In this document: piece after piece, positions 48,199 through 58,221 of the stretch
Layout: each line of letters opens with the position of its first letter
How positions within the stretch are numbered: the first letter of the stretch is position 1
IMG/VR virus record: IMGVR_UViG_3300031951_000003
Coordinates: 257,140-321,139 of that record
Length of the DNA stretch: 64,000 nucleotides
Strand: one strand, 5' to 3'
Program-made: the position numbers and the translations under genes
The notes under the pieces: model-generated
Databases searched by the model: none
The model's input: only the letters and a program-made list of their open reading frames with translations
What the model was told of the DNA's origin: nothing

Positions 48199-51048
48199 TT
48201 AATCCTGTGCACATTTACAGCTCGCGTTTGAACATTGTTTTGATGAACAAGAGATAAGAGAATTATCTACGCTGTCAATACAATAAGCAACTATTGTTGG
48301 GTCAGGTCCTGGACTTCCTGAAACGTTGTCTATCATATTACCCGAAGAATTTCCACTTGTTATTGTTACGGTTTTATAAAATACCCCATAGTTACTCGTC
48401 TCAATCTGAATCGAAAAACTAGTATCAATTGTCACAATGTTTTGCGTAGTAATTACTATGTCCACTGCGGGTTCACCCAAATTAGTAGTTGGTGTCACAA
48501 TCAAACTTGTCACAGGATTACAAACAATACTTCCACCATCACTATTATAAACCATCTTGAACACATCACCTGCAACAAGATTAATCGGGTTATACATAAC
48601 AACACTAACACTTTCATTTATTCCCGCAGAACAGAATCCGTTGAAAATACCCGAGCCAACTTCAACGTCATTCAGCATTGCTTTAACCTCAACATAATAA
48701 TTGTCGCTTGTTGGTGTTTGGAAGTTTGCCTGCATGTATTGAACATTATTATTTGGGGATATACCACACGGATATGTGGATAGTCCTGAATCAATTGTAA
48801 GAACACCACCAGTAGGGCTATATCTGAAATTTTGGAAACAACCCACCTTATTTGGTCCTGAACAAATTAATCCTCCAACTAATTGATTCATGTTGAGATA
48901 AATGTTACCACTTTGAATAACACCTTGACATGTTACACATTCAGGTGTATCAACCTGACCTTGATAGGTGATTGAGTTGTTATTCACCTGTGTTTTTTCT
49001 GTATCACCTACCGCTGAACAACAAGTGCATCCTTTGATGACTACATCAGAAACTTGAAAAGAAATTGTCTGTTGTAGATTAGTTGTGCAGTTGGACTGAG
49101 CTCCAACTTGACCATCGGTTATTGTTAATATCGAAGTAGTAGAACCTGAAACAGTGCTAAAATTTGAGAGTTCCAACGAATATTGGTCAGTCTCAGTATC
49201 AATTCTTTGTGTCTCGGGATTACAGTTTGGTCTACTTCCAATAACAGTATCTATGTCTGTGGAGAAAGGTGTCTTTGTTGAACCATTTTGTAGAATAGTA
49301 AAGTTGTCTACACAAGTTCCTGTTCCTGGTCCATTGAATGTCTTGATAGATGATGTTGTCAAATTGAAATTAACCACAACTCCATTAGGTATAGGCGGAA
49401 CCGAAGTAACATAAAAATATGTTGTTTTCGTTGAAATATTATTTGAAGATACCTCAGTGTTTAATTGTGGTTGTGTTATAATATTAATTTGATATGTTTG
49501 TGGACTTCCCACTGAACTTATTTGAACCGATTGATTAACTATATTATTCGCGGCATCTATAACTCTAATATTGTATGTGTTCGGGCAAAGATTTGTAAAA
49601 ATATTTGAGGTTTGATATGATACCCCGTTATTAATCGAATATTGATATGGTGCTAATCCAAATCTCGCACTAACCGTTATTGAACCATCACAGTTCGTTT
49701 GGTTGTTGCAAGACGCATCTTGTTTTGTTGTTGTCACTTGAAGTGGTATTATTGTAGGACAAGAACCTAAAGTTACATTTATAGTATAAGTTTGTGTTCC
49801 ACCAAGTAAACTCCAACCACCTAAAGGTGGTAATGAAGTGGTTGAGGACGCAAAAATACCTCCCCCCACAGGGTTTATTGGTGTTATCAAATCTGAACCA
49901 ACAAGTTCCCATCTTGTTCCTTTCCACACAATGTTCTGTGAATTACTACTTGTCCATCTTGGTTTACCATTAGACGTTCCATTTTGACTGAACGTTGTTG
50001 GTCCTACAACGTTAGAATTGTTGTATGCCAAGAAACAAATGTTGGCGTAAACTGGTGGAGGTGTTGTGGATGGCGTTACAGTTGGGGATGGAGTTGGACT
50101 TGCTGTCGGTAAAAGTATGGAGCAAACTGTGTTTGCAGTATAGTCACCGTAATAATCAACAACGGTAACAGGATAATAACCAGGTCCTATGTTAGTTAAA
50201 GTTCTTGTTCTTTGACCATTTGCCCAATAAATTGAATACGGACTTGTTCCTCCTGTGATGTTCAAAGTGAGAATCCCATCATATGATTCTGAGTTTGAAG
50301 GCATTTTGAGAAGATTACAATTCACACCCAAATCGAAAAGGGTAAACGGTTCACAATTGTTTTTCGGACGATAAACTGGTGTTGGGTTAGGTGTTGGTGT
50401 TTGACTTGGTGTTACATTTGGTGTCAGACTTGGCGTTTGAGTAGGGGTCGGTGTAGTTGTGAGAGTAGTTGTTGGTGAGGCTGTTTGTGTTGGTGTTGGG
50501 GTCAGGCACGCTGTGGTTGCAGGCTCGTTCAATAAAACTACACCACTATAAACTTGAGTATAATCTAACGAAACAAGGACTTCAAAACTTTCACCTTTTT
50601 GGAAATTACCACAACAATCTGTATACCAAAATATTCCAGTTGTATAAGCACTTCCACACACTATTGGGGTGGATGATGGGGTCTGCGTTGGTGTAGGGGT
50701 ATTAGTGGGAGTTTTGGTAGGGGTCGGTGTTTGGGTTGGAGTTTTAGTTTGCGTAATAGTTTGTGTTGGTGTTGGTGGTGGGGTTTGAGATTGGGTTGGC
50801 GGGGGGGTTTGAGTCGGTGTTTGTGTAGGGGTTTGGCTCGAAGAAGGAATAGGGGGCGTGGGACAAGCACCGAGAACTGTGAGTATTATGAACTCACCTG
50901 GAGCTTGACCTGGCACAGTATAGGAACAAACAGTTATTGTGCCGCTCGGTGGAATTGTAGGAATAGGATTCAATTCACAGTCAAACCCTATAGGAGTTGC
51001 AGGTAAAATTGCGGACCCATTTGTTATTTGATAGTTAATACAAGCCAT
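48199..51048 (-). CDS. Pro/Thr-repeat, Cys-rich virion protein with SprB repeats
   Basis: TPTQTP linkers, and two SprB-like units (DGILTLNITGGTSPY...TVVD; DGSITVSA..G.APYQYS...VID). Confidence 0.7.
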   Translation of the reverse strand: MACINYQITNGSAILPATPIGFDCELNPIPTIPPSGTITVCSYTVPGQAPGEFIILTVLGACPTPPIPSSSQTPTQTPTQTPPPTQSQTPPPTPTQTITQTKTPTQTPTPTKTPTNTPTPTQTPSSTPIVCGSAYTTGIFWYTDCCGNFQKGESFEVLVSLDYTQVYSGVVLLNEPATTACLTPTPTQTASPTTTLTTTPTPTQTPSLTPNVTPSQTPTPNPTPVYRPKNNCEPFTLFDLGVNCNLLKMPSNSESYDGILTLNITGGTSPYSIYWANGQRTRTLTNIGPGYYPVTVVDYYGDYTANTVCSILLPTASPTPSPTVTPSTTPPPVYANICFLAYNNSNVVGPTTFSQNGTSNGKPRWTSSNSQNIVWKGTRWELVGSDLITPINPVGGGIFASSTTSLPPLGGWSLLGGTQTYTINVTLGSCPTIIPLQVTTTKQDASCNNQTNCDGSITVSARFGLAPYQYSINNGVSYQTSNIFTNLCPNTYNIRVIDAANNIVNQSVQISSVGSPQTYQINIITQPQLNTEVSSNNISTKTTYFYVTSVPPIPNGVVVNFNLTTSSIKTFNGPGTGTCVDNFTILQNGSTKTPFSTDIDTVIGSRPNCNPETQRIDTETDQYSLELSNFSTVSGSTTSILTITDGQVGAQSNCTTNLQQTISFQVSDVVIKGCTCCSAVGDTEKTQVNNNSITYQGQVDTPECVTCQGVIQSGNIYLNMNQLVGGLICSGPNKVGCFQNFRYSPTGGVLTIDSGLSTYPCGISPNNNVQYMQANFQTPTSDNYYVEVKAMLNDVEVGSGIFNGFCSAGINESVSVVMYNPINLVAGDVFKMVYNSDGGSIVCNPVTSLIVTPTTNLGEPAVDIVITTQNIVTIDTSFSIQIETSNYGVFYKTVTITSGNSSGNMIDNVSGSPGPDPTIVAYCIDSVDNSLISCSSKQCSNASCKCAQD

Positions 51049-51079
51049 TAATTTATAATTATCTTTTCCATTTTTTTAT

Positions 51080-52420
51080 TTATGAACATCCACCACAATC
51101 TACGCTATCAGTGCAAATAGTTACACTACTACAAGGTTGAATTGATGTAACCCCACCTGAAAAATCACCCGACCCAGCTCGGATGCACCTTTCGACTTTT
51201 GAACCTGCAGAAAGTGGTTCACCAACTACTGAACCATCACATAAAGTATATTGTATTGTTGAACCCACAACATCTTGATTTTCAAAGTAATAACACAAAC
51301 ATGGACAAACATAAGTTCCACAAGAGCTTATATCATCGAAATTAGTTATTGCCACTACAACACCATTTAAGATTTCCATAACATAAAGTGGTGGTGACGA
51401 TATATCAGGATTTGCTGGATACGTAGATGGTCCGTATACATATTTTCCTGTAAGAGTTGTGTTTACAAAAAATATTCCAAAAAGATTATAATATAATTGA
51501 CTGCCAGGTCCTAAAGTAGTTGAAGAATTGTAATAATACCCTGCGTTTCCATCTACCTCAACTAATGGGTCGAAAGCTTCTATAAAATCACATTTCACTT
51601 CTTCTTTTGTTTTTGATGTCCAATTTATTTCTGACCCACATATAGTTGCCCCATATGATAAAAGAAACTCAACAAATGAAGGTGTAACCGTTGGCGTTTG
51701 TGAAGGGGTTTCTGTTTGGGTAGGAGTTTGAGGAGGTGTTTCAGATTGGGTAGGAGTTTGGGTTTGGGATGGAGTTTGAGTTTGTGTTGGTGTCGATGGA
51801 ACACAAAGTGAAAAAGATACTATTTTACCTTGGGAATCAATTACCACTTGATATAATGTTCCTCCGAAAGAAATGATATATGTGTTCCCACCCCCATTCA
51901 AAGGGTTATATAATACCCCGTTTAGAAGTGTTTGGTAAATTGTGGCACCTACAACAGGGACTAAATTTGCCTCTGAAATGTATGTATAATAACCTGTTAG
52001 ATTGAGTGGTGATGAACAACTATCAGCTGTCGGGTGAAAAACAACAAGAGGTGTTGCGGTTGGTGTTGATGATATAGTTGCTGTATTCGAGGTAGTGGGT
52101 GAATTTGTTGGTGTCATGGATGGCGTTTGGGTTGGTGACAAGGTAGGTGAATACGACGGGGTTGGTGTCATGGTTGGGGTTTTAGTGACATTTGGTGTTG
52201 GTGTGGGAGTTATATCTATAGGAATCTCATCAATACAACCTTGGGTATCTTCAATTTTAATAACAATTGTTGATTCACTATATGGTGATGGGACATAGAA
52301 TGAGAATGGAAATGTTGCAACCGACGCAACAAATTGACAGTCGCCACCACCCGAGTTACAATAATATATGTCAACTGGTGTATTTGCAGTTACAGATTGG
52401 ATAGTTACAAATTGACTCAT
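51080..52420 (-). CDS. Pro/Thr-repeat Cys-rich virion protein
   Basis: Start moved to MSQFVTIQ; PT linkers between Cys-containing domains. Confidence 0.7.
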   Translation of the reverse strand: MSQFVTIQSVTANTPVDIYYCNSGGGDCQFVASVATFPFSFYVPSPYSESTIVIKIEDTQGCIDEIPIDITPTPTPNVTKTPTMTPTPSYSPTLSPTQTPSMTPTNSPTTSNTATISSTPTATPLVVFHPTADSCSSPLNLTGYYTYISEANLVPVVGATIYQTLLNGVLYNPLNGGGNTYIISFGGTLYQVVIDSQGKIVSFSLCVPSTPTQTQTPSQTQTPTQSETPPQTPTQTETPSQTPTVTPSFVEFLLSYGATICGSEINWTSKTKEEVKCDFIEAFDPLVEVDGNAGYYYNSSTTLGPGSQLYYNLFGIFFVNTTLTGKYVYGPSTYPANPDISSPPLYVMEILNGVVVAITNFDDISSCGTYVCPCLCYYFENQDVVGSTIQYTLCDGSVVGEPLSAGSKVERCIRAGSGDFSGGVTSIQPCSSVTICTDSVDCGGCS

Positions 52421-52635
52421 GCTACATAAGTTACTCCTGAGATTATGCAATTCTGCGAATCAATTACTTTCAACATGTAAGCCAGTCCAGTATCATATGG
52501 TTGTGGTATATCAAAATCATATGGAAGAGTTGTTATAGTATTAATATAAAAGCAACCACTACCGTTTGGTTGACAGATATAAATGTCAAATGGTGATTGT
52601 CCTGTTATACCATTTATTGTAACTTGAACTGCCAT
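52417..52635 (-). CDS. Small paralog of the N-terminal domain of 51080-52420
   Basis: P.DIY.C...G..C......T.P..F..P.PY......IK..D...CI is shared. Confidence 0.7.
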   Translation of the reverse strand: MAVQVTINGITGQSPFDIYICQPNGSGCFYINTITTLPYDFDIPQPYDTGLAYMLKVIDSQNCIISGVTYVA

Positions 52636-52636
52636 C

Positions 52637-55600
52637 TTATGTTGTTCGTTTTATAAAAATTTTATACAAAGTTCCTGTCACTGATGGGAAAACAATTGTG
52701 TAACATCCTACAAGAGGTTTGTAATTGAATGGTGGATTTGTAAGTTGAACTGAATTCAACACGAAACCGCCATACTTGTTACATTCAACAACTTTTGTTG
52801 TTTGTGAGTTACCTGAAAGGAGATACCAAGTTCCACTGACATCAACAAACCCACATTGTGCACCGTAACGAATGTATTGTCCGAATTCATTACCAATATC
52901 AAACGGAAGGGTGGTTAGGTTAATTTCATCAGGTGTGCTAGATAAGACGAAGTTCATATTATAAGTTCCGTCTCCATTATTTTCCAAACTTACATTCAAA
53001 TAAACCTCAACTTCATCAACACTACTCAAACACGTATCACAACTCAAATAGGTTTTATCAGGTGCTGAAGCAAAGTAATCTCCATCGAATCTTTGTGAGG
53101 TTGCAATTTTGATAGGTGCAAAATAATTACAATCAAATTCACCCTCATAGGTCCAACAATTTCCATCAGCATCTTTAAATTGTCTTCCAACTGTAGTCTG
53201 TATTGGTGATTGTTGTGTTTGAATCATATATGTTCTGACTGTATTTGGACTAATTGGAATACAACTTGAATAAACATATACCAAACAAGGGGTTTCACTT
53301 GGCGTTGGGGTCATCGTTGAAGTAGGACTATAAGACGGTGTTTGTGATGGAGTCTGAGTTTGGGTTGGCGTTGATGAATAACTTGGCCTTGGTGTTGCTG
53401 TTGGTGTAAGACCAGGAGTTGTTGTCTGTGTTGGAGTTGGCGTGAATGTAGGAGTCGAGGACGAAGTTTGTGTCGGCGTAATTGTCATCGTTGGTGTTGA
53501 TGTAGGTGTTGATGTTATCGTCGTTGAAGGTGATGGTGAAGGGACTGTTGAACATTTCGAACAATCGTTTCCAAAAATATCAATTATCGAGTCTACGTTC
53601 GTGTTAGATGATAAGTTTGAATCATCCCTCAAATACTTCAAGCAAAGAATTGTTTCATTAATAACCGCCGAGAATACCATCTCAGTTTGGATTGGAATTT
53701 CCTCAAACACAAGTGGGTCAGAAGTGTAGAAATAATTTTCAGTTCCACATTGATTCAATACCTTAACCGAAACACAACTGAATGTTTCTTCAAATATATT
53801 GAAGGTAACTTGTCCATCCGCAGGAACTGTTCTTGTCAGTGTTATCGTTGGTGTGTTTGAAGGGGTTGGGGTTGAATCAGGAACATAATTAATCTCAAAG
53901 TCGACACTTTTCCCAAGACATATCAATCCTGTTGGTGATGGAGTTGGCGTTACACCTATGGAAGTGAAAATGAAATTCACATCGTCACAAGGAACTGACG
54001 GACTTGGTGTTGGGACTGGTTCCCAATCACAGTCAAAGTATGCATTGAAATCGAAGGTGTCACAATTTATTGGCGTTGGAGTTGGAGTTGGACAAACTCC
54101 TGGTTCAAAAGAACCGAAAGATATATCAGGACACGCAGAGTAACATGGAGACGAGCCCTTCAATAAACAAGTCCCACCGAGAGAGGTGCTCAGACACCAA
54201 TAACTCTCAGTAACTGATGTAAAATAATAAATGTAACCCAAGCTGACGCTTCCACCAGAATAGGAGATTCTACCATTATAAGTTGCACCTGAAACGTAAA
54301 GTCCATTGTAATTCAACAAAGAAGGTAGGGTTGTAGTAAAGCAAAATTCACCCGAATCACAAGCCGCTGGTGTCGAAGATACTGTCGGAGTGTTTGTTGG
54401 TGTTGAATACGGGGTTGGCGTTGGTGTGTTCAATAGACAAGCTCTACAACTACCCCAATCAGGTGCACCCAAATCAGGTCCACCAGGACCTGAAAACTCT
54501 TCGAATCTATAACATCTATTGTTATATTCATAAACCGCTCCTTGATAAGCGGTATCTTCATCAACATTGGCATAAAATATTTCTTCAGTGGAACAGTCAA
54601 TCAATAATGCAGCAACACTCGCAACTCTTGGACAAAGTGTAGAACCGCAACCTGTTACATTTGTAAATGTAACCGATGTTCCATCATATATTGGACCACT
54701 TCCCGAATCAACAACTGTCGCACATCCTTCATATTCTGTAGAACCTGTGATAAGATAGACATCGTCAACCACAACTGCAACTGGTAAATCCTCAAATCTG
54801 AATAAAGTCCCTGAAACACAATCACGGAACCCTATTAGGTTTTGTGTCGGTGTTTGAGTGTTAGTTGGGGTATTAGATGGCGTTTGAGTTGGGTCTGGAG
54901 TTACAGAAGGTGTCTGTGTCGGAGTTTCGGTTTGAGTTTGGGTTGGTGTTACATCAGGGGTTGGTGATAGAGTCTGTGAAGGCGTCTGAGTTGGAGTTTC
55001 TGAAGGTGTTTGTGTAGGAGTCTCAGTTGCTGTAGGGGATGAACCAATAGTTGATGTAGGGGTCTGAGTTGGGGTTTCGGATGGTGTTTGTGTAGGAGTT
55101 TCTGAAGGCGTTTGAGTAATAGTCTCAGTTGGTGTTTGTGTGGGAGTTTCGGTTATTGTAGGAGTCTGAGTTGGGGTTTCAGAAGGTGTTTGAGTAGGGG
55201 TTTCAGATGGTGTTTGTGTAGGTGTTTCTGTTGCTGTAGGTGACGAACCTATAGTTGCGGTTGTTGTTGGTGTAGGCGTTTCGGTTGGAGTTTCAGTTGG
55301 AGTTTCAGTTGTTGTCGGTGTAGGTGTTGGAGTACCACAACAATCTACAAATGTATCCGTAGCATAAGACGATACTGGAAAGTAAGCGACATTGTTTTTA
55401 TAATAATAAGTCGACTGAACGTAATTTGCACAAAATGAATCGTCGAAAGTTCCTGCGTCAGCAAAACTTGCCGTGGTCAGTATATTATAACAATTGTAAT
55501 AGTCTACGAATATAGTGTTGTTTAGTGACGAAGGTGTATTACCCGTGGCATCATCCAAGTCAGGTTGTGCAATTGTAACATCAAAATATGTACAATTACA

Positions 55601-56938
55601 AGGAGTTGAAGGGGTTGGAGTTTGTGTTTGAGTTGGCGTAGGAGAAGGGACTACACCACAATCTCCATCAACCACACAAGTTCCTCCCAAAGATGTCCAA
55701 GTATATAAAGGCTCAGGTCCTCCTGCACAGGTAGTTCCCGATGAAACAAGTTTTAATCCTTGTGTTCCACCCGATATACAAATATATCTACTTGATGTCA
55801 CATCAACTTGAACACATTCCTCATTTCCATTACACGCGTAGTATCTGATTGAAATATCTACAATATCATTGTTAGTGATTTCCCAACATTCGCAATCACC
55901 AGGTGGTGTTAGGGTAGGTGTTGGGGTAGGTGTTGTAGTTGGCGTCTCAGTAAGAGTTGGTGTCGGTGTTTGTGATGGGCTTACAAAACAAGGACCAACA
56001 ACGGTCAAAATTGCAGATGGACCGCTTATAACGGTTCCAGCCAGTGCACAAAAAACATCAGTATTACCGTTGGTTATTGTGGCGTTTTGGGGTACAGAAT
56101 CACAATCAGTGTAAGAATAAGGTTCTGAAATAGGCCCTGAAAAACCTAAATATAATGAATATTGAACACAACCTGTCTGTGGTGTTGGGGTAGGTGTTTG
56201 TGTTTGTGTTTGCGAGATTGCTGGAGCTGGAGGGTCTGGGTCCGTTGGAGTAGGGGTTGGAGTTTCTGTTGGCGTTTCTGTTACAGTTGGAGTTGGTGTA
56301 GGGGTAGGAGTTTCGGTCGGAGTTTCTGTTGGAGTTGAAGAAACTACAGGCCCTACTGAACAAAGTTCTTGATTGTTTAGAATCCCATTACTTCCACTTA
56401 TTTCCCAAGAATAGATTCCGTTAGAATAATATCCGTCAGGCGCAAATGTTGTAAGACCTGAGTCAGAATATAAAGTACTACCACTCCAAAGTCCTTCTAC
56501 TGATGAGGTGTAATAACCTGTACCACCTGTAGATGCAAAATCAGAACAAGCAGACGGACCACTTATGACTGAGTATGAAACCAAAAAGGTGTTTGCACCT
56601 AATGGACCACAAAAATTGTCGTATATTGATATTCCTATTTCAGTAATCCCGTCGTAAATTACGTTGGGAAAAGATTGAGTTGCCGAGCCGCCAGCACCCG
56701 CATCAAAATTTTGTTTTCTACCAGTACTATCTGTAACCTCGATACAACCATTCAACAACCCATTACTCCAATATACAGTAAGAGTGTACTCACCAACTTG
56801 TGTAGTGGTGAATGCACAAGTACTCGAACTTGGCGTACAAGGACATCCCACATCACAAGTTGCTGTAACACCGTTAAAGTCAATTTGACTTATAGTAATT
56901 GTGGGTGGTGACTGATTATAAACAAATATGTTAGACAT
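52637..56938 (-). CDS. Very large Pro/Thr-repeat Cys-rich virion protein
   Basis: 1433 aa with mucin-like TETPTQTPS tracts separating small Cys-rich domains. Confidence 0.75.
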   Translation of the reverse strand: MSNIFVYNQSPPTITISQIDFNGVTATCDVGCPCTPSSSTCAFTTTQVGEYTLTVYWSNGLLNGCIEVTDSTGRKQNFDAGAGGSATQSFPNVIYDGITEIGISIYDNFCGPLGANTFLVSYSVISGPSACSDFASTGGTGYYTSSVEGLWSGSTLYSDSGLTTFAPDGYYSNGIYSWEISGSNGILNNQELCSVGPVVSSTPTETPTETPTPTPTPTVTETPTETPTPTPTDPDPPAPAISQTQTQTPTPTPQTGCVQYSLYLGFSGPISEPYSYTDCDSVPQNATITNGNTDVFCALAGTVISGPSAILTVVGPCFVSPSQTPTPTLTETPTTTPTPTPTLTPPGDCECWEITNNDIVDISIRYYACNGNEECVQVDVTSSRYICISGGTQGLKLVSSGTTCAGGPEPLYTWTSLGGTCVVDGDCGVVPSPTPTQTQTPTPSTPCNCTYFDVTIAQPDLDDATGNTPSSLNNTIFVDYYNCYNILTTASFADAGTFDDSFCANYVQSTYYYKNNVAYFPVSSYATDTFVDCCGTPTPTPTTTETPTETPTETPTPTTTATIGSSPTATETPTQTPSETPTQTPSETPTQTPTITETPTQTPTETITQTPSETPTQTPSETPTQTPTSTIGSSPTATETPTQTPSETPTQTPSQTLSPTPDVTPTQTQTETPTQTPSVTPDPTQTPSNTPTNTQTPTQNLIGFRDCVSGTLFRFEDLPVAVVVDDVYLITGSTEYEGCATVVDSGSGPIYDGTSVTFTNVTGCGSTLCPRVASVAALLIDCSTEEIFYANVDEDTAYQGAVYEYNNRCYRFEEFSGPGGPDLGAPDWGSCRACLLNTPTPTPYSTPTNTPTVSSTPAACDSGEFCFTTTLPSLLNYNGLYVSGATYNGRISYSGGSVSLGYIYYFTSVTESYWCLSTSLGGTCLLKGSSPCYSACPDISFGSFEPGVCPTPTPTPINCDTFDFNAYFDCDWEPVPTPSPSVPCDDVNFIFTSIGVTPTPSPTGLICLGKSVDFEINYVPDSTPTPSNTPTITLTRTVPADGQVTFNIFEETFSCVSVKVLNQCGTENYFYTSDPLVFEEIPIQTEMVFSAVINETILCLKYLRDDSNLSSNTNVDSIIDIFGNDCSKCSTVPSPSPSTTITSTPTSTPTMTITPTQTSSSTPTFTPTPTQTTTPGLTPTATPRPSYSSTPTQTQTPSQTPSYSPTSTMTPTPSETPCLVYVYSSCIPISPNTVRTYMIQTQQSPIQTTVGRQFKDADGNCWTYEGEFDCNYFAPIKIATSQRFDGDYFASAPDKTYLSCDTCLSSVDEVEVYLNVSLENNGDGTYNMNFVLSSTPDEINLTTLPFDIGNEFGQYIRYGAQCGFVDVSGTWYLLSGNSQTTKVVECNKYGGFVLNSVQLTNPPFNYKPLVGCYTIVFPSVTGTLYKIFIKRTT

Positions 56939-57047
56939 GAATTACTTACTTACCTTATAAATAACTTGAACTTTATTTTTTTCACATTCAAAATATAGTT
57001 TGACTAAAAACAATATAAAGGCACGCTCAGCCTATATTTATGATTAT

Positions 57048-57230
57048 ATGAAACTTCTTAAAACGATAAAGAAGATTATTCAAGAGGCTGAAGAACAGTA
57101 TAATACTGCAAGTGAGACTAACACACCACTTGAAGAATTAGATAGACTCGAAAAACACTATCAAGACTCTCTGAAATTGTTACGCTTATACAATTCCAAA
57201 CAGGAAAAACTAAAATCCAAGAAAAAATAA
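57048..57230 (+). CDS. Small helical protein
   Basis: Start moved to MKLLKTIKKIIQEAEE, directly after ATATTTATG. Confidence 0.55.
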   Translation: MKLLKTIKKIIQEAEEQYNTASETNTPLEELDRLEKHYQDSLKLLRLYNSKQEKLKSKKK

Positions 57231-57282
57231 TTACATCTTAAGTCAATAGATTTTCTTAAAGTTCTTTCTTATATTTCATCAC

Positions 57283-58221
57283 ATGAAAGAACCTCTATTA
57301 GACTTACATCTGAGTCATGGATTAGGTGACACTATTTGTGCAACACCTTCTTTAAGGAAACTATATTTTGCTTATGGAAAAAAAATATCAGTATTAACTG
57401 ACCATCCACTAATATTCAAACATAACAAATATGTTGATAAAATCTTTGATACCAAGAACACAAATAGAGATGATTTAGAATCTCAATACGAATTACTCGT
57501 AAGTTTTGCACCAAATTTAGAAAACCGATACGGTTTAGGATTACGTCATAATGTTATGGACATAAGACAATTCCATGCGGCGGGGTTGGGTTTCCAATTA
57601 TTACCCGAGGAATGTGATATGGATTACGTTCCTGATGAGTGGGAGCCAATTGATGGTTTACCTGAAAAGTTTGTTTTGATACATCCCGTAACCTCTTGGG
57701 CTTCGAGAACTTGGCCCGCAGAGAAATGGCAGTTATTAACACGAATGTTAAACGATTACGGTATTCCTGTTGTTTCGATGGGGAAGGCATCGAGTGAGGT
57801 AGGTTTTCACATGGTAGACAAACCTGTTTTCGATTTCCCTATCAAACTTGGTTTGAATTTAATGAATAAAGCAAATGTCCCCCAAACTTGGTGGTTAATG
57901 CAAAAAAGTATTTGCACGGTCACCATGGACTCAGGTATGTTACACTTAGCAGGAACCACAGATGCAAACATCATTCAATTAGGTAGTTCTGTTCATTGGA
58001 AGTTAAGAGCCCCTTTTCGAAACGGTTCTCAAGAATATAAATTTCATTATATTGATGGGGATTGTAAGATAGCATGTGCATCTGACATGAGATATGGTGT
58101 CAAAGAATGGGGTTCAATAAGAGGAATCCCACCTTTAGTTGGATGTTTAGAAGGAAAATCCGAATTTGTTTGTCATCCTAGCGTTCTACAAATTTTCAAT
58201 AAAATATTAACCCTATTATGA
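57283..58221 (+). CDS. GT9-family (ADP-heptose-type) glycosyltransferase
   Basis: HGLGDTICATP, LIHP, KTWP-like RTWP, TMDSGMLHLA, Cys cluster near the C-terminus. Confidence 0.75.
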   Translation: MKEPLLDLHLSHGLGDTICATPSLRKLYFAYGKKISVLTDHPLIFKHNKYVDKIFDTKNTNRDDLESQYELLVSFAPNLENRYGLGLRHNVMDIRQFHAAGLGFQLLPEECDMDYVPDEWEPIDGLPEKFVLIHPVTSWASRTWPAEKWQLLTRMLNDYGIPVVSMGKASSEVGFHMVDKPVFDFPIKLGLNLMNKANVPQTWWLMQKSICTVTMDSGMLHLAGTTDANIIQLGSSVHWKLRAPFRNGSQEYKFHYIDGDCKIACASDMRYGVKEWGSIRGIPPLVGCLEGKSEFVCHPSVLQIFNKILTLL

